A stretch of 64,000 nucleotides of DNA from Acutalibacteraceae bacterium (GTDB lineage: Bacteria > Bacillota > Clostridia > Oscillospirales > Acutalibacteraceae), in NCBI GenBank assembly GCA_045133355.1, contig JBGUUB010000087.1, positions 11,970 to 75,969 on the forward strand. The letters are read 5' to 3'. Under the pieces are notes generated by a model. It searched no databases, was not told the origin of the DNA, and saw only the letters and a list, made by a program, of their open reading frames with translations. Positions 10,902 to 20,137 of this stretch are shown here, piece by piece. Position 1 is the stretch's first letter, and each line of letters opens with the position of its first letter. The translations under genes were made by a program, and so were the position numbers.

Positions 10902-12326
10902 TTATTTCAAATCTGCAAGCGCCTCTGAAACAACCTCGCGCTCGTCAAGATGAATAGTGCCCGTATTTAAAATTTGATAGGTTTCGTGTCCCTTACCTGC
11001 AAGTACTATTATATCATCTTTCTGTGCGATTGAAACGGCAAATTTTATTGCTTCTATTCTGTTCTCAATTACCTTAACGGGTATGGCCGCGCCCTTCATT
11101 CCCTCTAAAATATCCTTGATAATAGCGCTCGGGTTCTCTGTCCTCGGGTTATCGCTTGTTACTATGGCGTAATCCGAAAAGTGCGCCGCGATATTTCCCA
11201 TTATGGGGCGCTTGGTTTTATCCCTGTCTCCGCCGCAGCCGAAAACCGCGATAAGGCGGTTTTTCTTACATTCACGAAAAGTAGAAAGTATATTCTTAAG
11301 TCCGTCAGGTGTGTGAGCGTAATCTATAATCACAGTAAAATCTCTGCCCGTCGGTACAACCTCTGCTCTTCCCTTTACGCCCTTAAGCTCTGAAAGTGCC
11401 GAAGCTACAGTTGAAAGCGGAATCCCGATTTCCACAGCACAGGCGGCTGTGCAGAGTGAATTGTAAACCGTAAATCTTCCGCCGGTGTTCACCTTGATAT
11501 GACCTATCTCGCTGTCGCTTACGAATTCATAATCAACACTTGCGGGGCGGTAATTTACCCCCTTTGCGCTGTAGGTGGAAGAATCCCCTAAGGAGTAGGT
11601 AACCACCTTACAATCAAGACCCTTTATAAGCTCAGCGGAATATGGGTCGTCACTGTTAACTATTGCGGTTTTGCACATACTAAACAGCTTTTTCTTGGCC
11701 GCAAGATAGTTTTCCATTGTAATATGATAATCGAGGTGGTCCTGAGTAAGGTTTGTAAACATAGCCGCCTCGAAGTCGAGTCTGTAAACCCTCGACTGGT
11801 CGAGCGCGTGTGAGGAAACCTCCATAATAACATATGAGCATCCCTTTGCCTTCATCAGCGCGAAGAGTGAATTCAGCTCATAAGCGTTGGGTGTAGTATT
11901 ATGGGCGGCGATAATCTCGTCCCCTATCATATTCTGTATTGTACCTATAAGTCCTACCTTATATCCCGCTTTTTCAAGTATTTTTTTCATCATATAGGTG
12001 ACAGAGGTTTTTCCGTTAGTACCTGTAACGCCCAAAAGCTTTAAGCTGTCTGCAGGATTGCCGAACCACTTGGCACACATATCGGCATATGCGGCGTGGG
12101 TATCGGGAACTACAATTTGATTGGAAATCCCCAAATCCCGTTCGGCAACAATTACAGCCGCACCGTTTTCAAGTGCCTTTTGGGCATAATCGTGACCGTC
12201 CGATTTTGCACCGTTTATGCAAATAAACGCAAAACCCGACTTCACCTGTCTTGAATCACAGGTTATTCCCGTAATCTCGGTCTCTGCTAAGCCCTCTTTA
12301 CATTCAATTAAATCAAACAGTTTCAT
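10902..12326 (-). CDS. murE: UDP-N-acetylmuramoyl-L-alanyl-D-glutamate--2,6-diaminopimelate ligase
   Basis: Mur ligase P-loop GVTGTNGKTS, C-terminal DNPR motif (VTSDNPRTENP). Start at the ATG at 12326 after AAAGGAGA. Confidence 0.92.
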   Translation of the reverse strand: MKLFDLIECKEGLAETEITGITCDSRQVKSGFAFICINGAKSDGHDYAQKALENGAAVIVAERDLGISNQIVVPDTHAAYADMCAKWFGNPADSLKLLGVTGTNGKTSVTYMMKKILEKAGYKVGLIGTIQNMIGDEIIAAHNTTPNAYELNSLFALMKAKGCSYVIMEVSSHALDQSRVYRLDFEAAMFTNLTQDHLDYHITMENYLAAKKKLFSMCKTAIVNSDDPYSAELIKGLDCKVVTYSLGDSSTYSAKGVNYRPASVDYEFVSDSEIGHIKVNTGGRFTVYNSLCTAACAVEIGIPLSTVASALSELKGVKGRAEVVPTGRDFTVIIDYAHTPDGLKNILSTFRECKKNRLIAVFGCGGDRDKTKRPIMGNIAAHFSDYAIVTSDNPRTENPSAIIKDILEGMKGAAIPVKVIENRIEAIKFAVSIAQKDDIIVLAGKGHETYQILNTGTIHLDEREVVSEALADLK

Positions 12327-12354
12327 TTTTTCTCCTTTTAAAACCAATGGTATT

Positions 12355-14595
12355 TTAACCGTCAACAGCACTATCGTCTCTGAAATAAACCGTAATTACC
12401 GTGCCGGCATCAACCGACTGACCCGCTTCAACACTCTGCTTATAGGACTTAAGTCCTCCCGATGAGGTGTTGCCCGAAAATTCTACATTAATATTGGAAC
12501 TTGCGGCAGTCTTGTTAACCTCGGTAGCGGTAAGCCCCACAAGGTTCGGAACGGTGACCTTTTCAGAATCGCCTTCCTCTGTATATACTATTACCACACC
12601 GCCCGAAAGCACCTTGCTTCCCGCCTCAGGCAGCTGGCGCACAACCTTCTCTCCCGAGCCTACAATCTTACATTGAAGCTTCGCAGCGGATATCTTAGAT
12701 TTTGCGTCGTTTGTACTTGCTCCCACCGTATCGGGTACGGTAAGGGTAAGACTCTTAAGCTCTTCCTCCGAATAGCTCGGCTCATATCCGAGATACGGCA
12801 GAACATCTGCCATAATCTGCGAGTTGACAGGTGCTGAAATTACACCGCCGTAGTATTTATCTCCCTTCGGCTCATCAAGCATTACAAAAACGGCTATTTC
12901 AGGATTTTCTATAGGAGCCACGGTAATACAAGAGCCGATATACAGGTAATGGTCGCCTGTCTGGAGAATTTTTGAAACCTTTTGCGATGTACCGGTTTTA
13001 GCACCGATATTGTATCCTGAAACAAGTGAATTTTTAGCGCCGTTTTCCGAAACATACTGCATAAGCTCACGCATTGTTGCCGATGTAGTTTCGGAAATAA
13101 CCTGTCTTTTATATGAGGTTGACACCGTTTCTACAACCTTGCCGTTTTCATCAAGCTTTTTTTCAACTAAATGCGGCTGAACAAGATATCCGCCGTTAAC
13201 TGCGGCAGATACCGCGGCAATCAGCTGCATAGGTGTAACATTAAAGGTTTGACCGAAAGAAGAGGATGCAAGCTCAACAGGACCCATTTTTTCCTCTTTA
13301 TGGTAGGTCGATGTCGCTTCACCGGGCAAATCGATACCTGTTTTTTCGGTGAGTCCGAAGGCTTTAAAATACTTCGAAAAGGTCTCTACCCCGATAAACT
13401 GACCTATCGTTATAAATGCCGGGTTACAGGAGTTTGAAATTGCCTGTAAAAGATTTTGTGAGCCGTGACCGGTTTTTTTGTGACAGCTGTAATGCTGTCC
13501 GGCAACAGTAGCATTACCGTTGCAGTAAAAGCTCGAATTTTTGTTTATAAGATTTTCCTCAAGCGCTATCGCGGCTGTTACAACCTTGAAAACAGAGCCC
13601 GGCTCGTAGGTGTCGGAAACCGCCTTATTTCGCCATTGACGGTTAAGAAGCTCTGTTTTGAGAGATTTTTTCTCCTCCTCGTCGGTTACGGTGTCCACCT
13701 TTTCCTGATCTGCGGCGGAAAGCGTAAACGGCTCGTTGGGGTCGAAATCACCCTTTACAGCCATTGCAATTATAGCGCCCGTATTTACATTCATAACCAC
13801 AGCCGCGCCGCGCTCGGCAATTTGGTTTGCTTCAATGGCGTTTTCCAAATATTTTTCCGCTGTGTACTGCACATAAGAATCAAGCGTCAGCACAAGAGAT
13901 TTTCCCTGTGTAGCCTCCTCAACCTTTTCGTAGGAGAAAGGCATATTCGTTCCTGCGGCATTCTTTGCCGCAACAACGCGCCCGGCAATGCCGGTTAAAT
14001 CGTTATCGTAATAGCTTTCTATTCCTGCCAGTCCCTGATCGTCCGAACCTACAAAGCCCAATACAACCGAAGCTAAATTTTCATTGGGGTAATATCTTTT
14101 TGTCGTCTCGTCAAGGCCGACATACTGCGTAAGCTCCAAATCCTTATTATCTATCAAAAACTGCCTTACCTCATCGGCAACCGTTTTTTCAATCTTTTTC
14201 TTAACTATAACATAATATGAGTTCTTTTCACAGTAGCCGTATACCGTTTCATAATCAAGCTCCAGTATTTCGGAAAGCCCTTCGGCTATTTTTTTCTTGA
14301 CCGCTTCAGCCTCTTTATCATCAAGTTTTTTAATCCCGTTAGGCGTTATGTAAACCGTCCAAGCAGGCGAGCTTGTTGCCAGCTTTTGCATATTGCGGTC
14401 ATAAATATCCCCCCGCGGAGCAGTTACAAGGCTGTCGTAAAGCTGCTGTTCGGAAGCATCGTTCTGATATTTTTCGCCGTTTATTATCATTATGTTTACA
14501 AGGCTTGCTCCCGAAACAATAGAAAGCGCAAGTATAAGCGCGGTCATAACCACGATTGTTCTTGTAACCATCATTTTCCCCGGTTTTACAGACAC
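12355..14595 (-). CDS. class B penicillin-binding protein (FtsI/SpoVD/PBP2B type) with two C-terminal PASTA domains
   Basis: 746 aa. N-terminal TM helix, transpeptidase motifs SVFK, SNS, KTGT, and two PASTA-like repeats at the C-terminus. Confidence 0.92.
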   Translation of the reverse strand: MSVKPGKMMVTRTIVVMTALILALSIVSGASLVNIMIINGEKYQNDASEQQLYDSLVTAPRGDIYDRNMQKLATSSPAWTVYITPNGIKKLDDKEAEAVKKKIAEGLSEILELDYETVYGYCEKNSYYVIVKKKIEKTVADEVRQFLIDNKDLELTQYVGLDETTKRYYPNENLASVVLGFVGSDDQGLAGIESYYDNDLTGIAGRVVAAKNAAGTNMPFSYEKVEEATQGKSLVLTLDSYVQYTAEKYLENAIEANQIAERGAAVVMNVNTGAIIAMAVKGDFDPNEPFTLSAADQEKVDTVTDEEEKKSLKTELLNRQWRNKAVSDTYEPGSVFKVVTAAIALEENLINKNSSFYCNGNATVAGQHYSCHKKTGHGSQNLLQAISNSCNPAFITIGQFIGVETFSKYFKAFGLTEKTGIDLPGEATSTYHKEEKMGPVELASSSFGQTFNVTPMQLIAAVSAAVNGGYLVQPHLVEKKLDENGKVVETVSTSYKRQVISETTSATMRELMQYVSENGAKNSLVSGYNIGAKTGTSQKVSKILQTGDHYLYIGSCITVAPIENPEIAVFVMLDEPKGDKYYGGVISAPVNSQIMADVLPYLGYEPSYSEEELKSLTLTVPDTVGASTNDAKSKISAAKLQCKIVGSGEKVVRQLPEAGSKVLSGGVVIVYTEEGDSEKVTVPNLVGLTATEVNKTAASSNINVEFSGNTSSGGLKSYKQSVEAGQSVDAGTVITVYFRDDSAVDG

Positions 14596-14620
14596 GGCTT
14601 TGCTTCCTTTCTAAACCCGA

Positions 14621-14649
14621 ATACGAGAGTCGGAAAACAACTCTCGTAT
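14621..14649 (-). other. 9-bp-stem hairpin between the ftsL-like gene and the PBP gene
   Basis: ATACGAGAG (14621-14629) and CTCTCGTAT (14641-14649). Weak U-tract, so it may be an attenuator or an mRNA processing/stability element. Confidence 0.35.
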
Positions 14650-14715
14650 CTTGTTATTACATTATGACAGCTTTTCTGCCACACAGATAATATATTATTA
14701 ATACTTGTACTATTA

Positions 14716-15186
14716 TTACTCTGCCACCACGGTATCCCCGTTTGCAGTTACCGCTTTATCCTTATCGTTTACCCTTATATACTTTACATTATCCTTTTCC
14801 ATTTTTCTCATTCCGAGCTGTGTTGCCTCAAGTTCTAAATTAGAATAAGAAATCCTGCGCTGCATTTCAACCTCAAGGCTTGTTTTTTCGCTGTCAAGCT
14901 CGGTTATGGCGGCCTTTACTTCGTTAATTTCGGAATTAACCTCGTTTATCTTAATCCTAAGCGCGATATTTCCGCAAAGTCCCGCAAGAATGAAAACGGC
15001 TGTCATAATAAAGAGCATCGGTGAAGACAGTCTTTTAGCAGCCGCGCGGGTACGCTTTTTTGTGCGCTCGGCGGCTTTGGGCATTACAACAATATTATCG
15101 CGTGTTTTATCGCGCTCGGCAGTTTTGGGCATAAACATTTCAAAATCATATGCCAAGCTGTCGTTATAATACTTTATATTATTCAT
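14716..15186 (-). CDS. FtsL-like cell division protein
   Basis: 156 aa. Basic N-terminus, one TM helix, coiled-coil ectodomain. Canonical position between rsmH and the PBP gene. Confidence 0.55.
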   Translation of the reverse strand: MNNIKYYNDSLAYDFEMFMPKTAERDKTRDNIVVMPKAAERTKKRTRAAAKRLSSPMLFIMTAVFILAGLCGNIALRIKINEVNSEINEVKAAITELDSEKTSLEVEMQRRISYSNLELEATQLGMRKMEKDNVKYIRVNDKDKAVTANGDTVVAE

Positions 15187-15197
15187 AACCGTACTCC

Positions 15198-16118
15198 TTA
15201 ATTCTTTATTATTACCCTTAATTTTGCACTTCTGCTTCTCGGGTTTTCGTTTAATTCTTTATCGGAAGCTTCTATAGGCTTTTTGAATGCCAAATGCCCT
15301 TCAGGTGTTCTTCCGCACACGCAAACAGGAAGTTCCGGCGGGCATATACAGCCCGTGCAATACTCCTTGAATTTTTGCTTTACAATCCTATCCTCAAGCG
15401 AGTGGAAGGTTATGACCGCAAGCACGCCGTCCTTTTTAAGAAGCCCGAACGCGCTGTCGAGTGCACCGCCTAAAATATCAAGCTCGCCGTTTACGGCTAT
15501 CCTTATAGCCTGAAAGCATTTCCGTGCGGGGTGACCGTCGCGTCTTGCGGCGGCGGGCACAGACGCGGATATTATATCAGCCAATCTCACCGTATTAATA
15601 ATAGGCTCTTTCTCGCGTTCGTTTACTATTCTGTTTGCTATTTTATAGGCGAATTTCTCCTCGCCGTAATTTCTGAAAATATCGGTAAGCTCCTGTACGG
15701 AATAAGTATTGACAATATCCGCGGCGGATAATCCGCTTTTGCTCATTCTCATATCAAGCGGAGCGTCCGCACGGTAGGAAAAACCGCGCTCGGCGCTGTC
15801 AAGCTGAAAGGAAGAAACTCCAAGGTCTAAGAGTACGCCGTCAACACCGCTTACTCCCTCATCTGCTAAGACCGATGCCATGTCACAAAAATTGCTTTCA
15901 ATCACCTTTGCCGGGTAATCTTTCAGCCGCTCCGACGCTGTTTTTACCGCGTCGGGGTCGCGGTCAAGAGCATACAAAAATCCGCTTGTAAGCCTTTTCG
16001 CTATTTCCGACGAGTGTCCCGCACCGCCGGCAGTACCGTCAACATAAATTCCGTCTGACTTTATATTCAGTGCCGCTATCGTTTCACTGAGCAGTACCGA
16101 CTTATGTACAAACTCCAT
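15198..16118 (-). CDS. rsmH: 16S rRNA (cytosine1402-N4)-methyltransferase
   Basis: 306 aa. HKSVLLSE N-terminus, SAM motif DGTAGGAGHS, FHSLEDR motif. Confidence 0.95.
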   Translation of the reverse strand: MEFVHKSVLLSETIAALNIKSDGIYVDGTAGGAGHSSEIAKRLTSGFLYALDRDPDAVKTASERLKDYPAKVIESNFCDMASVLADEGVSGVDGVLLDLGVSSFQLDSAERGFSYRADAPLDMRMSKSGLSAADIVNTYSVQELTDIFRNYGEEKFAYKIANRIVNEREKEPIINTVRLADIISASVPAAARRDGHPARKCFQAIRIAVNGELDILGGALDSAFGLLKKDGVLAVITFHSLEDRIVKQKFKEYCTGCICPPELPVCVCGRTPEGHLAFKKPIEASDKELNENPRSRSAKLRVIIKN

Positions 16119-16543
16119 CAGAAGTTAAGCTCTTCCATAATATCGGCAATAGATTCGGGAGTATACTTTGCGTTCTCCTCGTTCCAAAGCTCGGTATTCC
16201 AGATTTCAAGGTTGGTATCCATTCCTATGATGTGGGCTTCGCCCTCAAGCTGTGCATATTCGCGCAAAACGGGCGGAATAAGTATTCTGCCCTGAGAATC
16301 GAAATCAACATTGAACGCACCGTCATACAAAAAGCGCTTAACCGCGCTTGATTTTGTGCTCGGAAGGGTGCCGATTTTTTCAACAAGCTTGTCCCATTGC
16401 TCTGCCGAATAAACGCACAAGCAGCGTTTTCCGTAAATTCCGCGGCAAATCATAAAGCCGCTGCCAAGCTCTTCACGAAGCTTTGCGGGAATAAAAACCC
16501 TGCCCTTTTTATCAATATTATGCTGATATCCACCAAAAAGCAC
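16118..16543 (-). CDS. mraZ: transcriptional regulator MraZ
   Basis: Two DxxGR-type repeats (DKKGRVFIP, DSQGRILIP). The GTG at 16543 (MLFGGYQH...) lies 8 nt after AAAGGAG; the longer ORF start at 16579 is unlikely. Confidence 0.9.
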   Translation of the reverse strand: MLFGGYQHNIDKKGRVFIPAKLREELGSGFMICRGIYGKRCLCVYSAEQWDKLVEKIGTLPSTKSSAVKRFLYDGAFNVDFDSQGRILIPPVLREYAQLEGEAHIIGMDTNLEIWNTELWNEENAKYTPESIADIMEELNF

Positions 16544-16593
16544 GGTTTTCACTCCTTTCTGCTCCACTTTAATACACATTTGTGGTTTTTTAC

Positions 16594-16646
16594 TCCACTT
16601 CTCACCACTATGTTTGTATTATAAGCCCCACAAACAGAAAAATCAA
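16594..16646 (-). promoter_or_regulatory. putative Pmra promoter (TTGATT-17-TATAAT) with two GTGG repeats downstream (candidate MraZ boxes)
   Basis: On the minus strand, -35 TTGATT (16641-16646), 17-nt spacer, -10 TATAAT (16618-16623). GTGGT (16604-16608) and GTGGA (16594-16598) are spaced 10 nt apart. Confidence 0.45.
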
Positions 16647-16734
16647 GTATTTTTTTAAGTTTACATAATTTTTTTTAACTGATTTTTGTGAAGACGCATA
16701 TATTGTGTTTTTTTAATCTGCGAATACACAAAAA

Positions 16735-16768
16735 GAAACGGCAATTCTCTTGCGAAAACTGCCGTTTC
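16735..16768. terminator. bidirectional hairpin terminator after the membrane-protein gene
   Basis: GAAACGGCA / TGCCGTTTC stem with T-runs on both strands. Confidence 0.5.
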
Positions 16769-16784
16769 TCTGTTTTTCAAATTT

Positions 16785-17405
16785 TTAATTTTCTTCCGCT
16801 TTAAAAAGCTTTTTATAGTCGGTCGGGTCGTAATTATTTAAAAATTGCTCCCATTGTTCGTCCGAAATATCGTTTCCGTTTTGCCGATATAGTTTATAAA
16901 GATTATCCGTAACCTTTTTATACTGCTTTTCGGTTTTAATCCTCGCCCTGACGGCGATAACGGTTGTAAATATCATCAGAATAACAAGAAGTGCCAGCGG
17001 TGCAAAATGCCGCCAATAAAACGAAGCTTTAAATCCTAAAAAACCGAGACTGTCACTTAAAGCTATGCCGAAAACAGGTATAAGGAAAATTTCGGGAACT
17101 ATGCTTATTATTCCCGCCGCAAGCTTAAACCGAAAAAAGCTTAAGACAAAGCCAACGGCTATAAGTGCCGTGCATATGGATACCGTGACAATACTGTTTA
17201 CCACATTTTTGAAATTATCCGTTCCGAGATATACATAAGTCATACCCGCAATATAAAGCAAATTTACCGCCGTTGTGTATGCAAATAAAATGATATAAAA
17301 AACTCTTAAAGTTTTATACAGCCTTCCGTCTGTTTTGGCATATTTAATTCCGTTCTTTTCCTCAACCGCTCTTACGCGCCGCAAGATGCTTTCCTGCATT
17401 TTCAT
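16785..17405 (-). CDS. hypothetical multi-pass membrane protein
   Basis: 206 aa with four or more hydrophobic helices, 9 nt downstream of ppa (likely co-transcribed). No family recognised. Confidence 0.6.
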   Translation of the reverse strand: MKMQESILRRVRAVEEKNGIKYAKTDGRLYKTLRVFYIILFAYTTAVNLLYIAGMTYVYLGTDNFKNVVNSIVTVSICTALIAVGFVLSFFRFKLAAGIISIVPEIFLIPVFGIALSDSLGFLGFKASFYWRHFAPLALLVILMIFTTVIAVRARIKTEKQYKKVTDNLYKLYRQNGNDISDEQWEQFLNNYDPTDYKKLFKAEEN

Positions 17406-17414
17406 AAAAAACTC

Positions 17415-17948
17415 CTATTTATTAAAATGTATTTTATAATTTTCTATAGCCGTGGCTATTATCTCCAAAGCGTCTTTCCTACCCTTTACATCATCAACAG
17501 CGGTCTTTTTATGCTCAAGATTTTTATAAACCTCAAAAAAATGGCGCATTTCATCGAAAATATGCTTCGGCAGGTCATCAATATCCTTATACTCGTTATA
17601 AGACGGGTCGTTAAAGGGTATGGCTATTATCTTTTCATCGTTGCTGTCGCCGTCTATCATTGTGATTACCCCGATAGGATAGGCGCGCACAAGGCTTAAC
17701 GGCTCCAAATTCTCAGCGCAAAGGAGTAATACATCAAGCGGGTCGTTATCGTCCCCGTAGGTGCGCGGAATAAATCCGTAATTCGCGGGATAATGGGTAG
17801 AGGTATAAAGAATACGGTCAAGAATTATAAGTCCTGTTTCCTTGTCAAGCTCATATTTCTTTTTGCTTCCCTTTGGAATTTCGATTACGCAGATAAAATC
17901 CTCGGGCGTTATCCGAGAGGGGGAAATATCGTGCCAAATATTATTCAT
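17415..17948 (-). CDS. ppa: inorganic pyrophosphatase (family I)
   Basis: Family I PPase motifs (EIPKGSKKKYE, YPANYGFIP, DGDPLD-like DNDPLDVLL). True start at the ATG at 17948 (MNNIWHDI). The upstream 91 codons of the ORF run through the promoter region. Confidence 0.9.
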   Translation of the reverse strand: MNNIWHDISPSRITPEDFICVIEIPKGSKKKYELDKETGLIILDRILYTSTHYPANYGFIPRTYGDDNDPLDVLLLCAENLEPLSLVRAYPIGVITMIDGDSNDEKIIAIPFNDPSYNEYKDIDDLPKHIFDEMRHFFEVYKNLEHKKTAVDDVKGRKDALEIIATAIENYKIHFNK

Positions 17949-17981
17949 TACAAAACCCGCTTTCCTTATTATTATAAATAT

Positions 17982-18010
17982 ATTATAATACAAATTTCCC
18001 TGCTTGACAA
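17982..18010 (-). promoter_or_regulatory. putative ppa promoter TTGTCA-17-TATAAT
   Basis: On the minus strand, -35 at 18005-18010, -10 at 17982-17987, 17-nt spacer. Confidence 0.45.
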
Positions 18011-18033
18011 CCTTAATTTGATAACAGTATAAT
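18004..18033 (+). promoter_or_regulatory. putative trmL promoter TTGACA-18-TATAAT
   Basis: -35 at 18004-18009, -10 at 18028-18033. The -35 hexamer overlaps the ppa -35 on the other strand. Confidence 0.45.
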
Positions 18034-18056
18034 AAAAATAAAAAACGGTGATAAGA

Positions 18057-18563
18057 ATGCCTAAAATTAATATTGTAATGGTCGAGCCCGAAATTCCCCA
18101 AAACACGGGCAATGTAGCCCGCACCTGTGCCGCTACGGGAGCGAGACTTCATATAGTCAAGCCTATGGGCTTTAATATTGACGATAAAAAGCTCAAGCGC
18201 GCAGGGCTTGACTACTGGCACTATCTCGACATAACCTATTATGACGGCTTAGAGGATTTCTTTTCAAAAAACGACGGTGCGTTTTTCTATTTCACAACAA
18301 AAGGCAGGAAAGCACATTCTGAGGTTTCCTACCCCGATAACTGCTATCTGCTTTTCGGCAAGGAAACAAAAGGTCTGCCCGAGGAGCTGCTTATTAAAAA
18401 CCCCGAACGGTGCGTGAGAATACCTATGCAGGGCGAAATCAGAAGCCTGAACCTCTCAAACTCGGTCGCGATAGCGGTTTACGAGGCTTTAAGGCAATGG
18501 AATTACCCCGCTCTCGAAAATTTCGGTCAACTGCACAATTACAAATGGGAAGATATTTGCTAA
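18057..18563 (+). CDS. trmL: tRNA (cytidine/uridine-2'-O-)-methyltransferase TrmL (SpoU/TrmH family)
   Basis: INIVMVEPEIPQNTGNVARTCAATG N-terminus, LLFGKETKGLP, and the SLNLSNSVAI knot motif. Confidence 0.85.
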   Translation: MPKINIVMVEPEIPQNTGNVARTCAATGARLHIVKPMGFNIDDKKLKRAGLDYWHYLDITYYDGLEDFFSKNDGAFFYFTTKGRKAHSEVSYPDNCYLLFGKETKGLPEELLIKNPERCVRIPMQGEIRSLNLSNSVAIAVYEALRQWNYPALENFGQLHNYKWEDIC

Positions 18564-18660
18564 TTTTTACGCGGTAATTCAAAATAAATATTGAAAAAAT
18601 AATAATTTGTGGTAAAATAGTATTGTAAAAAAATTAACAATGTTGAAAGGATGTATCTCA

Positions 18661-19872
18661 ATGAACGCTCTTAACAAAAAGACCGTTGACGACATTAATG
18701 TTAAAGGTCAAAAGGTTCTCGTTCGCTGTGACTTTAACGTACCGCTTAAAAACGGCGTTATCACCGACGAAAACCGCATCATCGCAGCTCTCCCCACAAT
18801 TAAAAAGCTTATTGCCGACGGCGGCAAGGTTATTCTCTGCTCACACCTCGGCAAGCCGAAGGGCGAACCCAAGCCCGAGCTTTCTTTAGCTCCCGTTGCA
18901 AAGCGCCTTTCAGAGCTTTTAGGCAAAGAGGTTGTTTTTGCGGCTGACGCTAATGTTGTCGGCGAAAACGCTAAAAAGGCTGTTGCCGCTATGCAGGACG
19001 GCGATGTTGTTCTTCTTGAAAACACCCGTTACCGCGCCGAAGAGACCAAGAACGGCGAAGCTTTCTCGGCTGAGCTCGGCTCCCTTGCTGATATTTTCGT
19101 AAACGATGCGTTCGGCACCGCTCACAGAGCGCACTGCTCCACCGTAGGCGTTGTTTCCTATGTTAAAGAGGCTGTCGCAGGCTACCTTATCGGTAAAGAG
19201 CTTAAATACCTCGGAAACGCGGTTGATACCCCCGTTCGTCCTTTCGTTACCATTTTGGGCGGTGCAAAGGTTGCAGACAAGCTCACCGTTATTGAAAACC
19301 TTCTCAACAAGGCTGATACACTTATTATCGGCGGCGGTATGGCTTACACCTTCCTTGCCGCTAAGGGCTACAGCGTAGGCCAGTCACTCCTTGATACCGA
19401 GAAGATTGACTACTGCAAGGATATGCTTAAAAAGGCAGAGGAAAAGGGCGTTAAGATTCTTCTTCCGATTGACTGCACAATAGCTAAGAGCTTCCCCGAT
19501 CCGATTGACGGACCGATTGAGGTTGAGGTTGTTGATGCCGACAAGATTCCCGACGATTATCAGGGACTTGATATCGGACCTAAAACCGCCGAGCTTTTCG
19601 CAGACGCTGTTAAGTCTGCAAAGACCGTTGTTTGGAACGGACCTATGGGCGTATTTGAGAACCCGACCCTTGCAAAGGGCACTATTGCCGTTGCAAAAAG
19701 TCTTGCAGAGACCGACGCTGTTACGGTTATCGGCGGCGGTGATTCCGCGGCGGCTGTTAACACCTTAGGCTACGGCGACAAGATGACCCACATTTCCACA
19801 GGCGGCGGCGCTTCTCTTGAATTCTTAGAGGGCAAGGAGCTTCCCGGCATCGCCGCGCTTAACGATAAGTAA
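18661..19872 (+). CDS. pgk: phosphoglycerate kinase
   Basis: [27 protein letters not shown] motifs. The ATG at 18661 is preferred. Confidence 0.96.
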   Translation: MNALNKKTVDDINVKGQKVLVRCDFNVPLKNGVITDENRIIAALPTIKKLIADGGKVILCSHLGKPKGEPKPELSLAPVAKRLSELLGKEVVFAADANVVGENAKKAVAAMQDGDVVLLENTRYRAEETKNGEAFSAELGSLADIFVNDAFGTAHRAHCSTVGVVSYVKEAVAGYLIGKELKYLGNAVDTPVRPFVTILGGAKVADKLTVIENLLNKADTLIIGGGMAYTFLAAKGYSVGQSLLDTEKIDYCKDMLKKAEEKGVKILLPIDCTIAKSFPDPIDGPIEVEVVDADKIPDDYQGLDIGPKTAELFADAVKSAKTVVWNGPMGVFENPTLAKGTIAVAKSLAETDAVTVIGGGDSAAAVNTLGYGDKMTHISTGGGASLEFLEGKELPGIAALNDK

Positions 19873-19919
19873 TTAAATTTTAAAGGGCTGTCACATTAAA
19901 GTTTTATGCGCAACCATGT

Positions 19920-20051
19920 GCCTCCCTCTGACGAGGGAGGTGTCACGGCATTGCCGTGACGGAGGGAGAGAAAGAGTAATAATACTTAAAAACGCTGGTT
20001 TTTCTCTCCCTCAGTCTCGCTACGCTCGACAGCTCCCTCGTCAGAGGGAGC
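19920..20051. repeat. multi-hairpin palindromic intergenic repeat, copy A (inverted relative to copies B and C)
   Basis: CCTCCCTCtgacGAGGGAGG + TGTCACGGCAttGCCGTGAC + GGAGGGAGAGAAA ... TTTCTCTCCCTC + GTCTCGctacgCTCGAC + GCTCCCTCgtcaGAGGGAGC. Starts 48 nt after the pgk stop. Confidence 0.75.
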
Positions 20052-20137
20052 CTTGACTCAGCACAGCATTTTTATTTGTGCAATATAACCTTAATGCTAC
20101 AGCCCGATTGCATATTTTAAAAAAAGGAGTTTTTACA

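Noticed and set aside
17949-18221. N-terminal 91-codon extension of the ppa ORF
   Set aside because: It runs through the divergent promoter region and into trmL. PPase homology starts at MNNIWHDI (ATG at 17948).
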